A DNA stretch of 50,407 nt. Source: a virus. Its lineage: Duplodnaviria; Caudoviricetes. Position numbers and translations under genes: made by a program. Shown here piece after piece: positions 36,815 to 45,882 of this stretch. Positions within the stretch are counted from its first letter, which is position 1, and every line of letters starts with the position of its first letter. The stretch covers positions 1 to 50,407 of the IMG/VR virus record IMGVR_UViG_3300012988_000008. One strand, given 5' to 3'. Below the pieces are notes generated by a model. That model ran no database searches, was not told the origin of the DNA, and saw nothing but the letters and a program-made list of their open reading frames with translations.

Positions 36815-38608
36815 TTGTATCTTCCCACACAAGAGAACTTCAATAAATATTGGGTCATCGATACCGAAGGCGACAGTCTTTGGCCCACAGTCTTCTGGTG
36901 CATGTGTGTCACCAACGTCGGCACAGGTGTATCGGAGGACTTAATCGGTCATGAACAAATCCGGAAGTGGTTCAGTCAGCGTAGCGCCGACGAGTTCTTC
37001 GTAGCGCACAATGGCATTTCTTTTGACATTTTTCAGCTCAATCGTGTGTTGGGTCTTAATATTAGTTACGACCGTGTTGTCGATACCCTTGTGCTGTCTT
37101 ACCTTTATCATCCGCACATTCCAGGGGGACACAGCCTAGGAGCTTGGGGCGAACGCTTCAAATTCCCTAAAGGAGACTTCGATGACTTCAGCAAGTTCAC
37201 TAAGGACATGCTGCATTACTGCCAACAAGACGTCCGAATCACCGTCCGAGTCTTCAAAGCACTCGTCGAGCGAATGCGAGGACGTGGATTTAGTGAACTA
37301 TCTTGTTGGATTGAACATAAGGCCCGAGCTGTTATTGACAAGCAAGAGCGTGCAGGCTTTTGCTTCGACGTGCAAAAAGCTCAAAACCTATACAAAGAAC
37401 TCCGCCAGCGTGAACAAGACCTAGAAGGGCCAATTCATAAACTTTTCCCGCCTCGTCTTGTTCCCATTAAGTCTTATAACTATCGTGTTAAAGACAATGG
37501 CGAACCTTATGCGTCGTACGAAAAACATCTTTGTAAATACCCAAAGGTAGAATTTAACGGAGACGGTACTTATACTTGCTACGACTGGCAAGTGTTCAAT
37601 ATTGGCAGCCCGACGCAACGGGCAGAAAGGTTACTCAGTCTTGGTTGGAAACCTACTAAGTTTACGCCCACCGGACAACCAAAAGTCGACGAAGATTCCT
37701 TGGTCGATTTCGCTAGGACCTCCAAGCGACCCGAAGTACAGGCAATCGCTGACTGGCTTGTTGCTAATGGACGGGCCAACATGGTCAACACGTGGCTTAA
37801 TGCTGTTCATAGCGACGGACGAATCCACGGCAAGGTCTTTAGCTGTGGCGCGCTTACTCGTCGAATGCGACATACAACACCTAATACAGCTAACATCCCA
37901 GGAAACGAAGCCGCATATGGACAAGAGTGCCGTGCTCTTTGGCGTGCCACTCCGGGTCGAGTACTTGTGGGGTACGACGCCTCTGCCCTCGAAATGCGGA
38001 TGTTCGGACATTATCTGGGAAACAAAGAGGCTGCCGACCTATACATCTATGGCGACCCACATACTGCAAACGCTGAGGCCCTCACTGAGTCCCTCGATTT
38101 TGTCTTCAGTAGAAAACCTGTCAAAACGGATTTCTACGCCTTCTTATACGGAGCTTCAAATAAGAAATTAGGGTCTCACTACGGTAAGTCTGCCCAGTTC
38201 GGCAAGCGTATCCGCGAGACACTTCTGAATAATACCCCCGGTCTCGAAAAGCTCGCCAAGCGGATTGAACGGGAAGCAGAGACAGGTTGGATCAAAACCA
38301 TCGACGGAGGGTACGTCCGTGTTAATAGTACCCATGCGGCGCTCAACTCAAAGCTGCAATCTGCCGGTGCAATCGCTATGAAACTAGCAGCAGTTCTGTT
38401 GGACATGAAGATTGTTGAACTAAACCTCGACGCTTTCAAGGTGGGTGACATTCACGACGAAGCACAATGGGATTGCCACCCCGACGTCGCTGAACGTGTC
38501 GGTCAACTTGCACTTGAATGCCTTGCCCAAGCGGGCGAAATGTTACAACTAACTGTACCCCTTGCAGGTGAATACAAAATGGGGTCAGATTGGAGCAAGA
38601 CGCACTAA
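36815..38608 (+). CDS. Family A DNA polymerase with 3'-5' exonuclease; Tyr at the 762-equivalent position as in T7
   Basis: DTE, HNG..FD, YC.QD; YDASALEMR, RKPVKTDFYAFLYG, HDE. Confidence 0.95.
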   Translation: MYLPTQENFNKYWVIDTEGDSLWPTVFWCMCVTNVGTGVSEDLIGHEQIRKWFSQRSADEFFVAHNGISFDIFQLNRVLGLNISYDRVVDTLVLSYLYHPHIPGGHSLGAWGERFKFPKGDFDDFSKFTKDMLHYCQQDVRITVRVFKALVERMRGRGFSELSCWIEHKARAVIDKQERAGFCFDVQKAQNLYKELRQREQDLEGPIHKLFPPRLVPIKSYNYRVKDNGEPYASYEKHLCKYPKVEFNGDGTYTCYDWQVFNIGSPTQRAERLLSLGWKPTKFTPTGQPKVDEDSLVDFARTSKRPEVQAIADWLVANGRANMVNTWLNAVHSDGRIHGKVFSCGALTRRMRHTTPNTANIPGNEAAYGQECRALWRATPGRVLVGYDASALEMRMFGHYLGNKEAADLYIYGDPHTANAEALTESLDFVFSRKPVKTDFYAFLYGASNKKLGSHYGKSAQFGKRIRETLLNNTPGLEKLAKRIEREAETGWIKTIDGGYVRVNSTHAALNSKLQSAGAIAMKLAAVLLDMKIVELNLDAFKVGDIHDEAQWDCHPDVAERVGQLALECLAQAGEMLQLTVPLAGEYKMGSDWSKTH

Positions 38609-38609
38609 A

Positions 38610-39227
38610 ATGAATGGTCCAATGTTTTGGAATGCATTACTAAGAGGATTGGCTAACGTCGGTCATAACGAAGAAAATATGATGATCGCCGGTGGCTGTA
38701 TTCGAGATTGGCTCTTAGGTCTTGAACCTAAAGATATCGACATTTTCATCGGTAGTGGTAACACACATTTCAACGCCCCTGAAACTTGGGAAGCCGGAGA
38801 ACAGAACCGAGACGAAGAGTACTTCGGTCGTGGTGGCCCGCAAAATATTACTGCGATCCATAATTATCGTGTAGCAAACACGGACGTCCAAGTTATTTAT
38901 TGTAATAGATCAATTTACGCGCATCTTGCTTCATTTGATCTGAAACTTTCAAATGCGTTCTTTACGTTAACTGGGGGATTGACTGTCCCACAGCCTGTTA
39001 TCGATAGTCTCGAAAGCAAAACTATTTTAGCTAATCTGCACAGGACTGCGGCTAATACAATGGAACGTGCAGAACGTTTCTTAGCCAAAGTTTCCGAAGT
39101 CGAAGAAGGTTGGCGAATTGATCGTGAGCAAATTAGACATGAAATGCCCATGGCTGCACCGCAAAATTTAGTATTTAATAGGCTCCCCCCTCCTGCCTTT
39201 GCCGGACTTGGGGGTGATTGGGCCTGA
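38610..39227 (+). CDS. Nucleotidyltransferase, CCA-adding/poly(A) polymerase head-like
   Basis: IAGGCIRD.LLG..PKDIDIF. Confidence 0.8.
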   Translation: MNGPMFWNALLRGLANVGHNEENMMIAGGCIRDWLLGLEPKDIDIFIGSGNTHFNAPETWEAGEQNRDEEYFGRGGPQNITAIHNYRVANTDVQVIYCNRSIYAHLASFDLKLSNAFFTLTGGLTVPQPVIDSLESKTILANLHRTAANTMERAERFLAKVSEVEEGWRIDREQIRHEMPMAAPQNLVFNRLPPPAFAGLGGDWA

Positions 39228-39397
39228 TGAACTATAAAAACCATATTACCCATTGGCGGGGTAAACCTCTTCGAGAACTCAGCCGGGACGAAGCTCTAGA
39301 AGGAATGCAAGAACTTAATCGTCTTTATCAAGGTGCATTGGACAATATACAACGTACTTTGGTCAACTCGAAGCGTGCTGATTATTTTAATAATTAA
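39227..39397 (+). CDS. 56-aa hypothetical protein (MNYKNHITHWRGKPL...)
   Basis: TGATG coupling. Confidence 0.55.
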   Translation: MNYKNHITHWRGKPLRELSRDEALEGMQELNRLYQGALDNIQRTLVNSKRADYFNN

Positions 39398-39423
39398 TGT
39401 AGTATTACCCCCGCTGCAAGAAT

Positions 39424-39452
39424 ATTATAACACAGGAATGCAATCTTGTCAA
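39424..39452 (-). promoter_or_regulatory. Consensus sigma70 promoter antisense to the replication arm
   Basis: TTGACA-17-TATAAT with TG extension on minus strand. Confidence 0.75.
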
Positions 39453-39685
39453 GTCCTTTATTTTATACTCACGTAAATCGTGGTATTATTGACAGTAATC
39501 GAAAGAATGGGACAAACGATCCACCCGTAGTAGTTAAAAGGGGTAAGACGGGAAAGGGTTGGTACGCCAACGAAGTAGAATTGCCTCCGGGCAGCCGAAT
39601 GGTTTACAGTGCCCATAATCCAATACTGTCTTGCGGGGCCCGTCTTGTGATTATTTCTGAGCAAGAACCTCGAAAGATCGCTTGA
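39446..39685 (+). CDS. Conserved small phage protein
   Basis: AGGA RBS, TTG start; HVN..I..N.K.G...P and LSCGAR. Confidence 0.7.
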   Translation: MSSPLFYTHVNRGIIDSNRKNGTNDPPVVVKRGKTGKGWYANEVELPPGSRMVYSAHNPILSCGARLVIISEQEPRKIA

Positions 39686-39710
39686 CAAAACGTCTCTGAC
39701 GTGCTATAAT
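39682..39710 (+). promoter_or_regulatory. sigma70 promoter for the SSB-to-RNR block
   Basis: TTGACA-17-TATAAT with TG extension. Confidence 0.9.
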
Positions 39711-39776
39711 ACTGATACTAAGAAAACGAGCAGACGTGTTGCTCCAATAAAAATAAAAACAAGGAAGAGTTACAGA

Positions 39777-40238
39777 ATGATTTTACGTGGACGTGTTGCC
39801 TGGGCAAAGGTTCTGGGGAAAGCCTCTAAGGGCTACGACGAAAACGAGCGGGAATGGTCGATTGACTTCGAGCCGACCGCTGAAGGTGTAGAAAAGTATC
39901 TGGCCGAAGGCGGTTCAGACTTCTACATCAAGTCTAAAGAAAACCACCCGCTGGATCGTTATATCGCATTCAAGCGCCGTGAAACCAAACGAGACGGCAC
40001 CCCCGCCCAACCCATCAAGGTGTTGGACTCCAAGGGACAACCGTGGGACCCCGATACTAAGATTGGTAATCTGTCGGTCGTAGACGCCAAGTTTGCACTG
40101 AATGAAATTACTGTCGGTCGGGTTAAGCGTCTGAAGCCGTCGCTGATTGCACTGAAGATTGTCGAGCACGTGCCGTACGAAGGCAAGGGCAATGACTCGG
40201 ACTTTGAAGACTTCACGTTTGACGACGAGGCTTGGTAA
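39777..40238 (+). CDS. Single-stranded DNA-binding protein (T7 gp2.5-like)
   Basis: G...WAK, IGN.S, acidic tail ending in an aromatic residue. Confidence 0.8.
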   Translation: MILRGRVAWAKVLGKASKGYDENEREWSIDFEPTAEGVEKYLAEGGSDFYIKSKENHPLDRYIAFKRRETKRDGTPAQPIKVLDSKGQPWDPDTKIGNLSVVDAKFALNEITVGRVKRLKPSLIALKIVEHVPYEGKGNDSDFEDFTFDDEAW

Positions 40239-40423
40239 TGGTTGACGTTGCAGACCTTGTAGTCGTAGAAGTCGGCGGTTCAGCCACAGTTCGAGACTAC
40301 TTTAAACAACTTTGGGCGTCTCTGACGAACCAAACTATTACACATACATTTGATAATCTAACTATCGACAAACCTACGGCTCGTAAGATTTATAAGCGGG
40401 CTTATCCTAAGGCAAAGGTTTGA
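40238..40423 (+). CDS. Hypothetical protein
   Basis: TAATG coupling. Confidence 0.55.
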   Translation: MVDVADLVVVEVGGSATVRDYFKQLWASLTNQTITHTFDNLTIDKPTARKIYKRAYPKAKV

Positions 40424-40602
40424 AGTTTACGGCAACTTTTCAACAAGCTGTCGAAGGTATTGAAACTGTCGAAGTTGTCGTCGAAGCTGAAACGTGGGAC
40501 GAAGCCTACACTAAGATCAGCAGTGGTGAGTACGAACGCTACAAAGTCGTCGACAATAAATTCGTCCGTACTAAGCAACTAGGGACCATCAATGTCTATT
40601 GA
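40420..40602 (+). CDS. Hypothetical protein
   Basis: TTGA coupling; V.VEAE..DEA. Confidence 0.55.
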   Translation: MKFTATFQQAVEGIETVEVVVEAETWDEAYTKISSGEYERYKVVDNKFVRTKQLGTINVY

Positions 40603-41437
40603 CACATTAGTCGAAGATATTCTTGGCCTCTTCAGTACGGAACCCCACGAGGCGGACGCAGCTAATGTGTCCGCCTTAGGGGAACAGATCGCGCAGACAG
40701 TGGCTGCCCGCCTCGCAGAAGCCCCCCGCCCCGGTACGTTACGCATGTCGAATCTTGGTAAGGGTGACAGGCAAATCTGGTACGAAGTTAAGGGCGGGGC
40801 CGACAAAGAAGAAATCGGGCCAGAGACCAAGATTAAGTTCCTGTTTGGGGATATCTGGGAATCTATCATGCTCTTCCTCGCCAAAGAGGCGGGACACGAC
40901 GTAAGTCACGAACAAGCGGAGGTAGAAATTGATGGGGTTGTTGGCCACATGGATGCCGTTATTGACGGTGTTGTCGTCGACGTTAAGACTGCATCCAAGT
41001 TTGCTTTCCAAAAGTTCGCTAAGGGTACACTTAAAGAAGACGACGCCTTTGGCTACTATGAGCAACTAGGGGCGTACAGCCACGCCCTTGGTGGTATCGA
41101 CGGTGCTTGGCTTGCTGTCGAAAAAGAACAAGGCAAGCTTACGCTACTTAAAGCGGATAAATCCGAATTCGACGAACTAAACATCCCTGCGCGGGTGACA
41201 CACCTTAAGGAAGTTCTGGACGACACTGAGCCTCCCGAACGTTGTTATGAACCTGTCGAACATGGCAAGTCTGGTAACATGGCCTTAGGTGTTAACTGCT
41301 CTTATTGTCCCTTCAAGGCGACGTGCTGGGCAGACGCCAATGATGGCATTGGTCTGCGGACCTTTATTTATTCCAAAGGGCCTGTGCATTTAACGCACGT
41401 AGTCAAAGAGCCCGACGTATACGAGGTTACATTTTGA
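40592..41437 (+). CDS. PD-(D/E)xK (Cas4-like) exonuclease
   Basis: GHMD, DVKTAS, Y..QL..Y, C.YC..K..C. Confidence 0.85.
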   Translation: MSIDTLVEDILGLFSTEPHEADAANVSALGEQIAQTVAARLAEAPRPGTLRMSNLGKGDRQIWYEVKGGADKEEIGPETKIKFLFGDIWESIMLFLAKEAGHDVSHEQAEVEIDGVVGHMDAVIDGVVVDVKTASKFAFQKFAKGTLKEDDAFGYYEQLGAYSHALGGIDGAWLAVEKEQGKLTLLKADKSEFDELNIPARVTHLKEVLDDTEPPERCYEPVEHGKSGNMALGVNCSYCPFKATCWADANDGIGLRTFIYSKGPVHLTHVVKEPDVYEVTF

Positions 41438-41691
41438 GCGACGAAAACATTACTAAACTGTTTCCCGGCGACGGCCCCCGTGCAGCGGCTCCCGTTCAAC
41501 TAGAACAGCCCAAAACTTTTGACATTGTTCTTGAAACGGGCGACATTATCACGGAGTCTGGTTATCTGGCCCTAGGCGGCTACGTAGCTATTCTAGCCAA
41601 TCCTAACGATAGTCTGAACATCAAGTTTGCAGCAGAGGCCGGTAAGGTCCGGTTCGTTCGACAGACCGACGAGGTCATCGAAGATGAATAA
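41434..41691 (+). CDS. Hypothetical protein
   Basis: GAGG RBS; TTGA coupling. Confidence 0.6.
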   Translation: MSDENITKLFPGDGPRAAAPVQLEQPKTFDIVLETGDIITESGYLALGGYVAILANPNDSLNIKFAAEAGKVRFVRQTDEVIEDE

Positions 41692-41740
41692 GGGCGATGG
41701 CGGCACTACTTGTGTTGAAGGCTTTGGTGGCTTAAAGTAA

Positions 41741-42082
41741 ATGCGTAGTGGGTTCGAGCGCACACTCGCTGCTTCCCTCAAGAGGCGCAAGTGTGCGTTC
41801 ACCTACGAGTCCCTTAAAGTTCCGTACGTCTCCAAGCACATCTACAGTCCTGATTTCATTCTTGACAACGGCGTCATAGTCGAAGCCAAAGGGTACTTCA
41901 GGCGCGGAGACACGGCTAAGATGAAACTCGTAAAGCAGCAACACCCCGACTTGGACATTAGGTTCGTCTTCGGGGACGCACATAAAAAGGTCCCCGGGCT
42001 CAAAACGACCCACGCACAGTGGGCAGACAAACATGGTTTCCCGTGGGCCGACAAAGAAATTCCCGAGGATTGGATTAAATGA
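41741..42082 (+). CDS. T7 endonuclease I-like Holliday junction resolvase
   Basis: RSGFE, Y.PDF.L.NG..VEAKG.F, DIRFVF, W....GF. Confidence 0.9.
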   Translation: MRSGFERTLAASLKRRKCAFTYESLKVPYVSKHIYSPDFILDNGVIVEAKGYFRRGDTAKMKLVKQQHPDLDIRFVFGDAHKKVPGLKTTHAQWADKHGFPWADKEIPEDWIK

Positions 42083-42432
42083 ATCAAGCACAGTTAAAGT
42101 ATTTAAGGGCGCGCTGTGAACGCCTGTACGCTGATAAAATTAAACAAGTAACTCTTGAATTTACAGACATTGGTTACAGCCTCAGCGCACCTGAAAGGGT
42201 TAAGGCCTTAAAAGAAGGTCGTTGGAAATACGTGGGACCTGAAGATGCTCCGGCACATCAGTTCTTTTATAATATTCGATTTACAGATGATCGGCCCCGC
42301 GTAGTCAATCATAAAGATTTAACTCCGGCACTAGCAGAACTTAAAACTATCTACGAAACTCTGATGGACGAATTAATTCTTGGGGACAACGAAAAAGCCC
42401 TCGAACTAATTAAAGAGTTTGAAGCTTTATGA
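42079..42432 (+). CDS. Hypothetical protein
   Basis: ATGA coupling at both ends. Confidence 0.7.
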   Translation: MNQAQLKYLRARCERLYADKIKQVTLEFTDIGYSLSAPERVKALKEGRWKYVGPEDAPAHQFFYNIRFTDDRPRVVNHKDLTPALAELKTIYETLMDELILGDNEKALELIKEFEAL

Positions 42433-43172
42433 GTGGTAAAACACATATCTTAATCCCAGACAGCCATGCCCATCCCGGATTTAATAATGTCCGCTATGAC
42501 TGGCTTGGGCATCTTATCAATGACGTAAAACCCGACACCGTCATCGACATCGGTGATTGGTGGGACATGCCGAGTCTTTGTTCTTACGACAAAGGTACTA
42601 AAGGCTTCGAAGGACGCCGGTACAAGCTAGACATTGCGGCTGGCGTCGAAGCTCAAGACAGGATGATGTCTATTGTCAAACGACAGAAAAAGAAACTTCC
42701 CCGCTTCGTTCGGACGCTGGGGAATCACGAAGATCGCATCAGCCGCGCCATTGATCGCGATCCTGTTCTTGAAGGCACTATTGGCCTGTCGGACTTACAA
42801 AGTCGTGAGTACGGTTGGGAAGAGTATCCGTTCAAGGACATTGTGGAAGTGGACGGTATTCACTATAGCCATTACTTTGTATCTGGGGTTATGGGTCGTC
42901 CTGTACCTAACGCTAATCAACTCCTGATCAAGAAGATGGCGTCGTGTTCTATGGGTCACCAGCACATCTTAGACCACAAAGTAGCAAATACTGTATCTGG
43001 TAAAACTCTCCACGGCCTTATCTGCGGTGTCTACCAAGATTACGAAGCAGATTTTGCAGGCCAAGGGAACCAAGTCTGGAATGCAGGCGTCGTCATCAAG
43101 CGTGGTGTCGAAAACGGTTCTTATGACATGGAGTGGGTCAGCTTAAAACGACTCAAGGAAGCGTATGGATGA
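42429..43172 (+). CDS. Calcineurin-like metallophosphoesterase
   Basis: DSH, GD..D, GNHE, GH.H. Confidence 0.9.
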   Translation: MSGKTHILIPDSHAHPGFNNVRYDWLGHLINDVKPDTVIDIGDWWDMPSLCSYDKGTKGFEGRRYKLDIAAGVEAQDRMMSIVKRQKKKLPRFVRTLGNHEDRISRAIDRDPVLEGTIGLSDLQSREYGWEEYPFKDIVEVDGIHYSHYFVSGVMGRPVPNANQLLIKKMASCSMGHQHILDHKVANTVSGKTLHGLICGVYQDYEADFAGQGNQVWNAGVVIKRGVENGSYDMEWVSLKRLKEAYG

Positions 43173-43338
43173 GGATGAATTGTACCAACACGTAATTCAA
43201 CGGTTCAGTCCAGATGAGCTTTGTGAAATCTTAGACATCACGACTGAACAATTTGCCGATAAGTTTTATGACGAAATCATGGAGTCAGCGAGTGTCCGAA
43301 GTGCCCTCGGTCTTGACGGATACGAATCCGAAGACTAA
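43165..43338 (+). CDS. 57-aa acidic hypothetical protein (MDEDELYQH...)
   Basis: AAGGA RBS; fills the gap. Confidence 0.6.
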   Translation: MDEDELYQHVIQRFSPDELCEILDITTEQFADKFYDEIMESASVRSALGLDGYESED

Positions 43339-43678
43339 GTATGGAAAATCAAAACCAGCAATCGGACTTATTCCCGGACCAGCTCTTCTCTATATCGCCG
43401 ACGCCTTTGGAGACGGAGCCAAAAAGTACGGACCAGCTAATTGGCGAGTGGACCCAGTATCTGCTTCTACGTATATCAATGCAGCTCTCCGACACATCCA
43501 CTCTTGGTTTGACGGGGAAGAACGGGCAGAAGACTCTGGTGTCCATCACCTCGGCCACGCAGCAGCTTGCCTTGCTATCGTCCTTGATTCGCAAACTCAG
43601 GGAACGTTAGTAGACGATAGACCTCCGGCGGGTCGAACAGCGGAACTCATTAAGGCACTGACAAAGAGTATTGATTAA
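43313..43678 (+). CDS. dATP/dGTP diphosphohydrolase-like protein (DUF5664 family); start uncertain
   Basis: NPK, GAKKYG..NW, A..RH, DSG..HL.HA. Confidence 0.8.
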   Translation: MTDTNPKTKYGKSKPAIGLIPGPALLYIADAFGDGAKKYGPANWRVDPVSASTYINAALRHIHSWFDGEERAEDSGVHHLGHAAACLAIVLDSQTQGTLVDDRPPAGRTAELIKALTKSID

Positions 43679-43881
43679 TGGCACCTATGGACGACAAAAT
43701 TAAACACAGTCGACGCCGAAAAGATCATATCGCCAAAGATTTGAGGTCTCCAAAGTACCGTGAGCGAACGGTCGACCCCAAACGCCTTGAAGACGAAGCA
43801 GAGAAACGCTTTCGACGATACCATAACTTTGACGAGTACTTTGATACAGAATGGCATCCGTATGACCAAGATAAAGACTAA
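43678..43881 (+). CDS. Small charged hypothetical protein
   Basis: TAATG coupling; IAKDL.SPKYR. Confidence 0.6.
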   Translation: MAPMDDKIKHSRRRKDHIAKDLRSPKYRERTVDPKRLEDEAEKRFRRYHNFDEYFDTEWHPYDQDKD

Positions 43882-44026
43882 TAAGATGTATCGGGTCTGG
43901 TTCCCAATGGGAGATCATCCGACTAAAATGAGTGGGGCGGCTTTACGAGACCTTCTCGACAAACCAGAAAATCGACTTAGTCGTCCAGTAGACTACGAAG
44001 AAGTATTAGGGAAATTTGGATATTGA
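43862..44026 (+). CDS. Hypothetical protein
   Basis: Fills gap; TTGA overlap with RNR. Confidence 0.5.
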   Translation: MTKIKTNKMYRVWFPMGDHPTKMSGAALRDLLDKPENRLSRPVDYEEVLGKFGY

Positions 44027-45882
44027 ACGACTATCAGAAATTTATTGCCACGTCTCGGTACTGTCGTTGGGACGAAACTAAAGGTCGACGCGAGACTTGG
44101 GAAGAGGTTGTCAACCGTTATCTCGATTTCTTTGACGACAAGTTAGACGGCCAGCGTGATTTCCTTTTCGACATGATTTACAACCTCAAGGTTATGCCGT
44201 CGATGCGCGCCCTTATGACAGCGGGCCCGGCGCTTGAGCGTAATAATGTGGCGGGCTTTAACTGTGCGTACATGCCGGTCGATAGCCCTCGTGCCTTTGA
44301 CGAGGCCATGTTTGTTCTTATGTGCGGCACTGGCGTCGGTTTTTCTGTGGAACAAAAGAATGTCGACAAACTTCCAATCGTTAACGAACACTTCGAAGAT
44401 ACTAACAGTACGCTTCAGATTGCTGACTCTAAAGAAGGTTGGGCCAGAGGTCTCCGAGAACTCATCGCCCTCTTATATATGGGTCAAGTACCGAAATGGG
44501 ACGTCAGTAATGTTCGACCGGCGGGTGCTCGACTCAAAACGTTTGGCGGTCGTGCATCAGGACCTGCTCCGCTTGTCGACCTCTTCCGGTTTACCGTCGA
44601 TCTCTTTAAGAAGGCGGCAGGTCGTCGACTTACAACTCTGGAATGCCACGACATTATGTGCAAGATTGGCGAAGTGGTGGTGGTCGGTGGTGTACGCCGC
44701 TCGGCGATGATCAGCCTGTCTGACGTCAATGACGACCGTATGCGGTCTGCTAAAACAGGTAATTGGTGGGAAAACAATGTCCAACGCGCCCTCGCTAACA
44801 ACTCAGCTTCGTACACTGAAAAGCCAAGCACGTCAGTCTTTATGGCTGAGTGGAAATCTCTATATGATAGTCAGTCCGGTGAACGAGGAATGTTCAGCCG
44901 AGACGCAAGTCAACGTCAAGCTGCTCGATTTGGACGACGTGATACGGACTGGGACTTCGGGACAAATCCTTGTTCGGAAATCATCCTCCGACCGTACCAA
45001 TTCTGCAATCTGTCCGAAATTGTTGTACGACATGATGACGATGCGGACTCTCTTCGCCTAAAAGCAGAAGCCGCAGCTATTCTCGGGACGTTGCAGTCGA
45101 CACTGACGAACTTCAAGTATCTTCGTAAAGTATGGCAGACCAACACTGAAGAAGAGCGCTTACTGGGTGTATCCATGACGGGCATCCTTGATCATCCTAG
45201 TCTTTACAAAGACGTGGAACTTCTGAATGAACTTCGTGACCTTGTTGTTGAGACGAACCGAGAATGGGCTAACGAACTGGGTGTTCCGCAGTCTGCCGCA
45301 ACCACCTGTGTCAAGCCCTCTGGCACCGTTAGTCAGCTTGTTGACAGTGCCAGCGGTATTCATACTCGCCACAGTCCTTTTTATATTAGAACTGTTCGTG
45401 GTGACGTTAAGGACCCTCTCACGCAGTTCCTGATCAGCCAAGGTGTCCCCAATGAACCAGATGTCACCAAGCCTAACGACACCGTCGTCTTTTCGTTTCC
45501 GCAACGGAGTCCGGCTGGGGCGATCACACGGGAAGACCTCACTGCCGTCGAACACCTTGAAATCTGGAAGACTTTCCAGTTGGAGTGGTGTGAACACAAA
45601 CCGTCCGTGACGATCAGCGTCAAAGAACACGAATGGATGGACGTACAGGCGTGGGTCTGGAACAATTGGGACGTCATCAGTGGCGTATCATTCTTGCCGT
45701 ACTCTGAGCATACGTATCAACAAGCGCCGTACCAAGAGTGCGACGAAGAGACATATAACGCTTTTGTCGAAAAATCACCCAAGGAAATCGATTGGTCGAA
45801 ATTGTTAGACTATGAATTAGAAGACACCACCACAGGAACACAGGAGTTAGCTTGTGCAGCAGGTTTTTGTGAGATTGTTTAA
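44023..45882 (+). CDS. nrdJ: Class II (B12-dependent) ribonucleotide reductase
   Basis: PSMR, NC, GGVRRSA, TNPCSEI, CVKPSGT, C-terminal C....C; no NrdB gene seen. Confidence 0.9.
   Translation: MNDYQKFIATSRYCRWDETKGRRETWEEVVNRYLDFFDDKLDGQRDFLFDMIYNLKVMPSMRALMTAGPALERNNVAGFNCAYMPVDSPRAFDEAMFVLMCGTGVGFSVEQKNVDKLPIVNEHFEDTNSTLQIADSKEGWARGLRELIALLYMGQVPKWDVSNVRPAGARLKTFGGRASGPAPLVDLFRFTVDLFKKAAGRRLTTLECHDIMCKIGEVVVVGGVRRSAMISLSDVNDDRMRSAKTGNWWENNVQRALANNSASYTEKPSTSVFMAEWKSLYDSQSGERGMFSRDASQRQAARFGRRDTDWDFGTNPCSEIILRPYQFCNLSEIVVRHDDDADSLRLKAEAAAILGTLQSTLTNFKYLRKVWQTNTEEERLLGVSMTGILDHPSLYKDVELLNELRDLVVETNREWANELGVPQSAATTCVKPSGTVSQLVDSASGIHTRHSPFYIRTVRGDVKDPLTQFLISQGVPNEPDVTKPNDTVVFSFPQRSPAGAITREDLTAVEHLEIWKTFQLEWCEHKPSVTISVKEHEWMDVQAWVWNNWDVISGVSFLPYSEHTYQQAPYQECDEETYNAFVEKSPKEIDWSKLLDYELEDTTTGTQELACAAGFCEIV

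Noticed and set aside
40592-41437. CRISPR-Cas system
   Set aside because: Stand-alone Cas4-like exonuclease common in phages; no repeat-spacer array seen
43313-43678. 2-aminoadenine (Z) or 7-deazaguanine genome modification
   Set aside because: No PurZ, QueC/D/E, FolE or DpdA-like gene is recognisable
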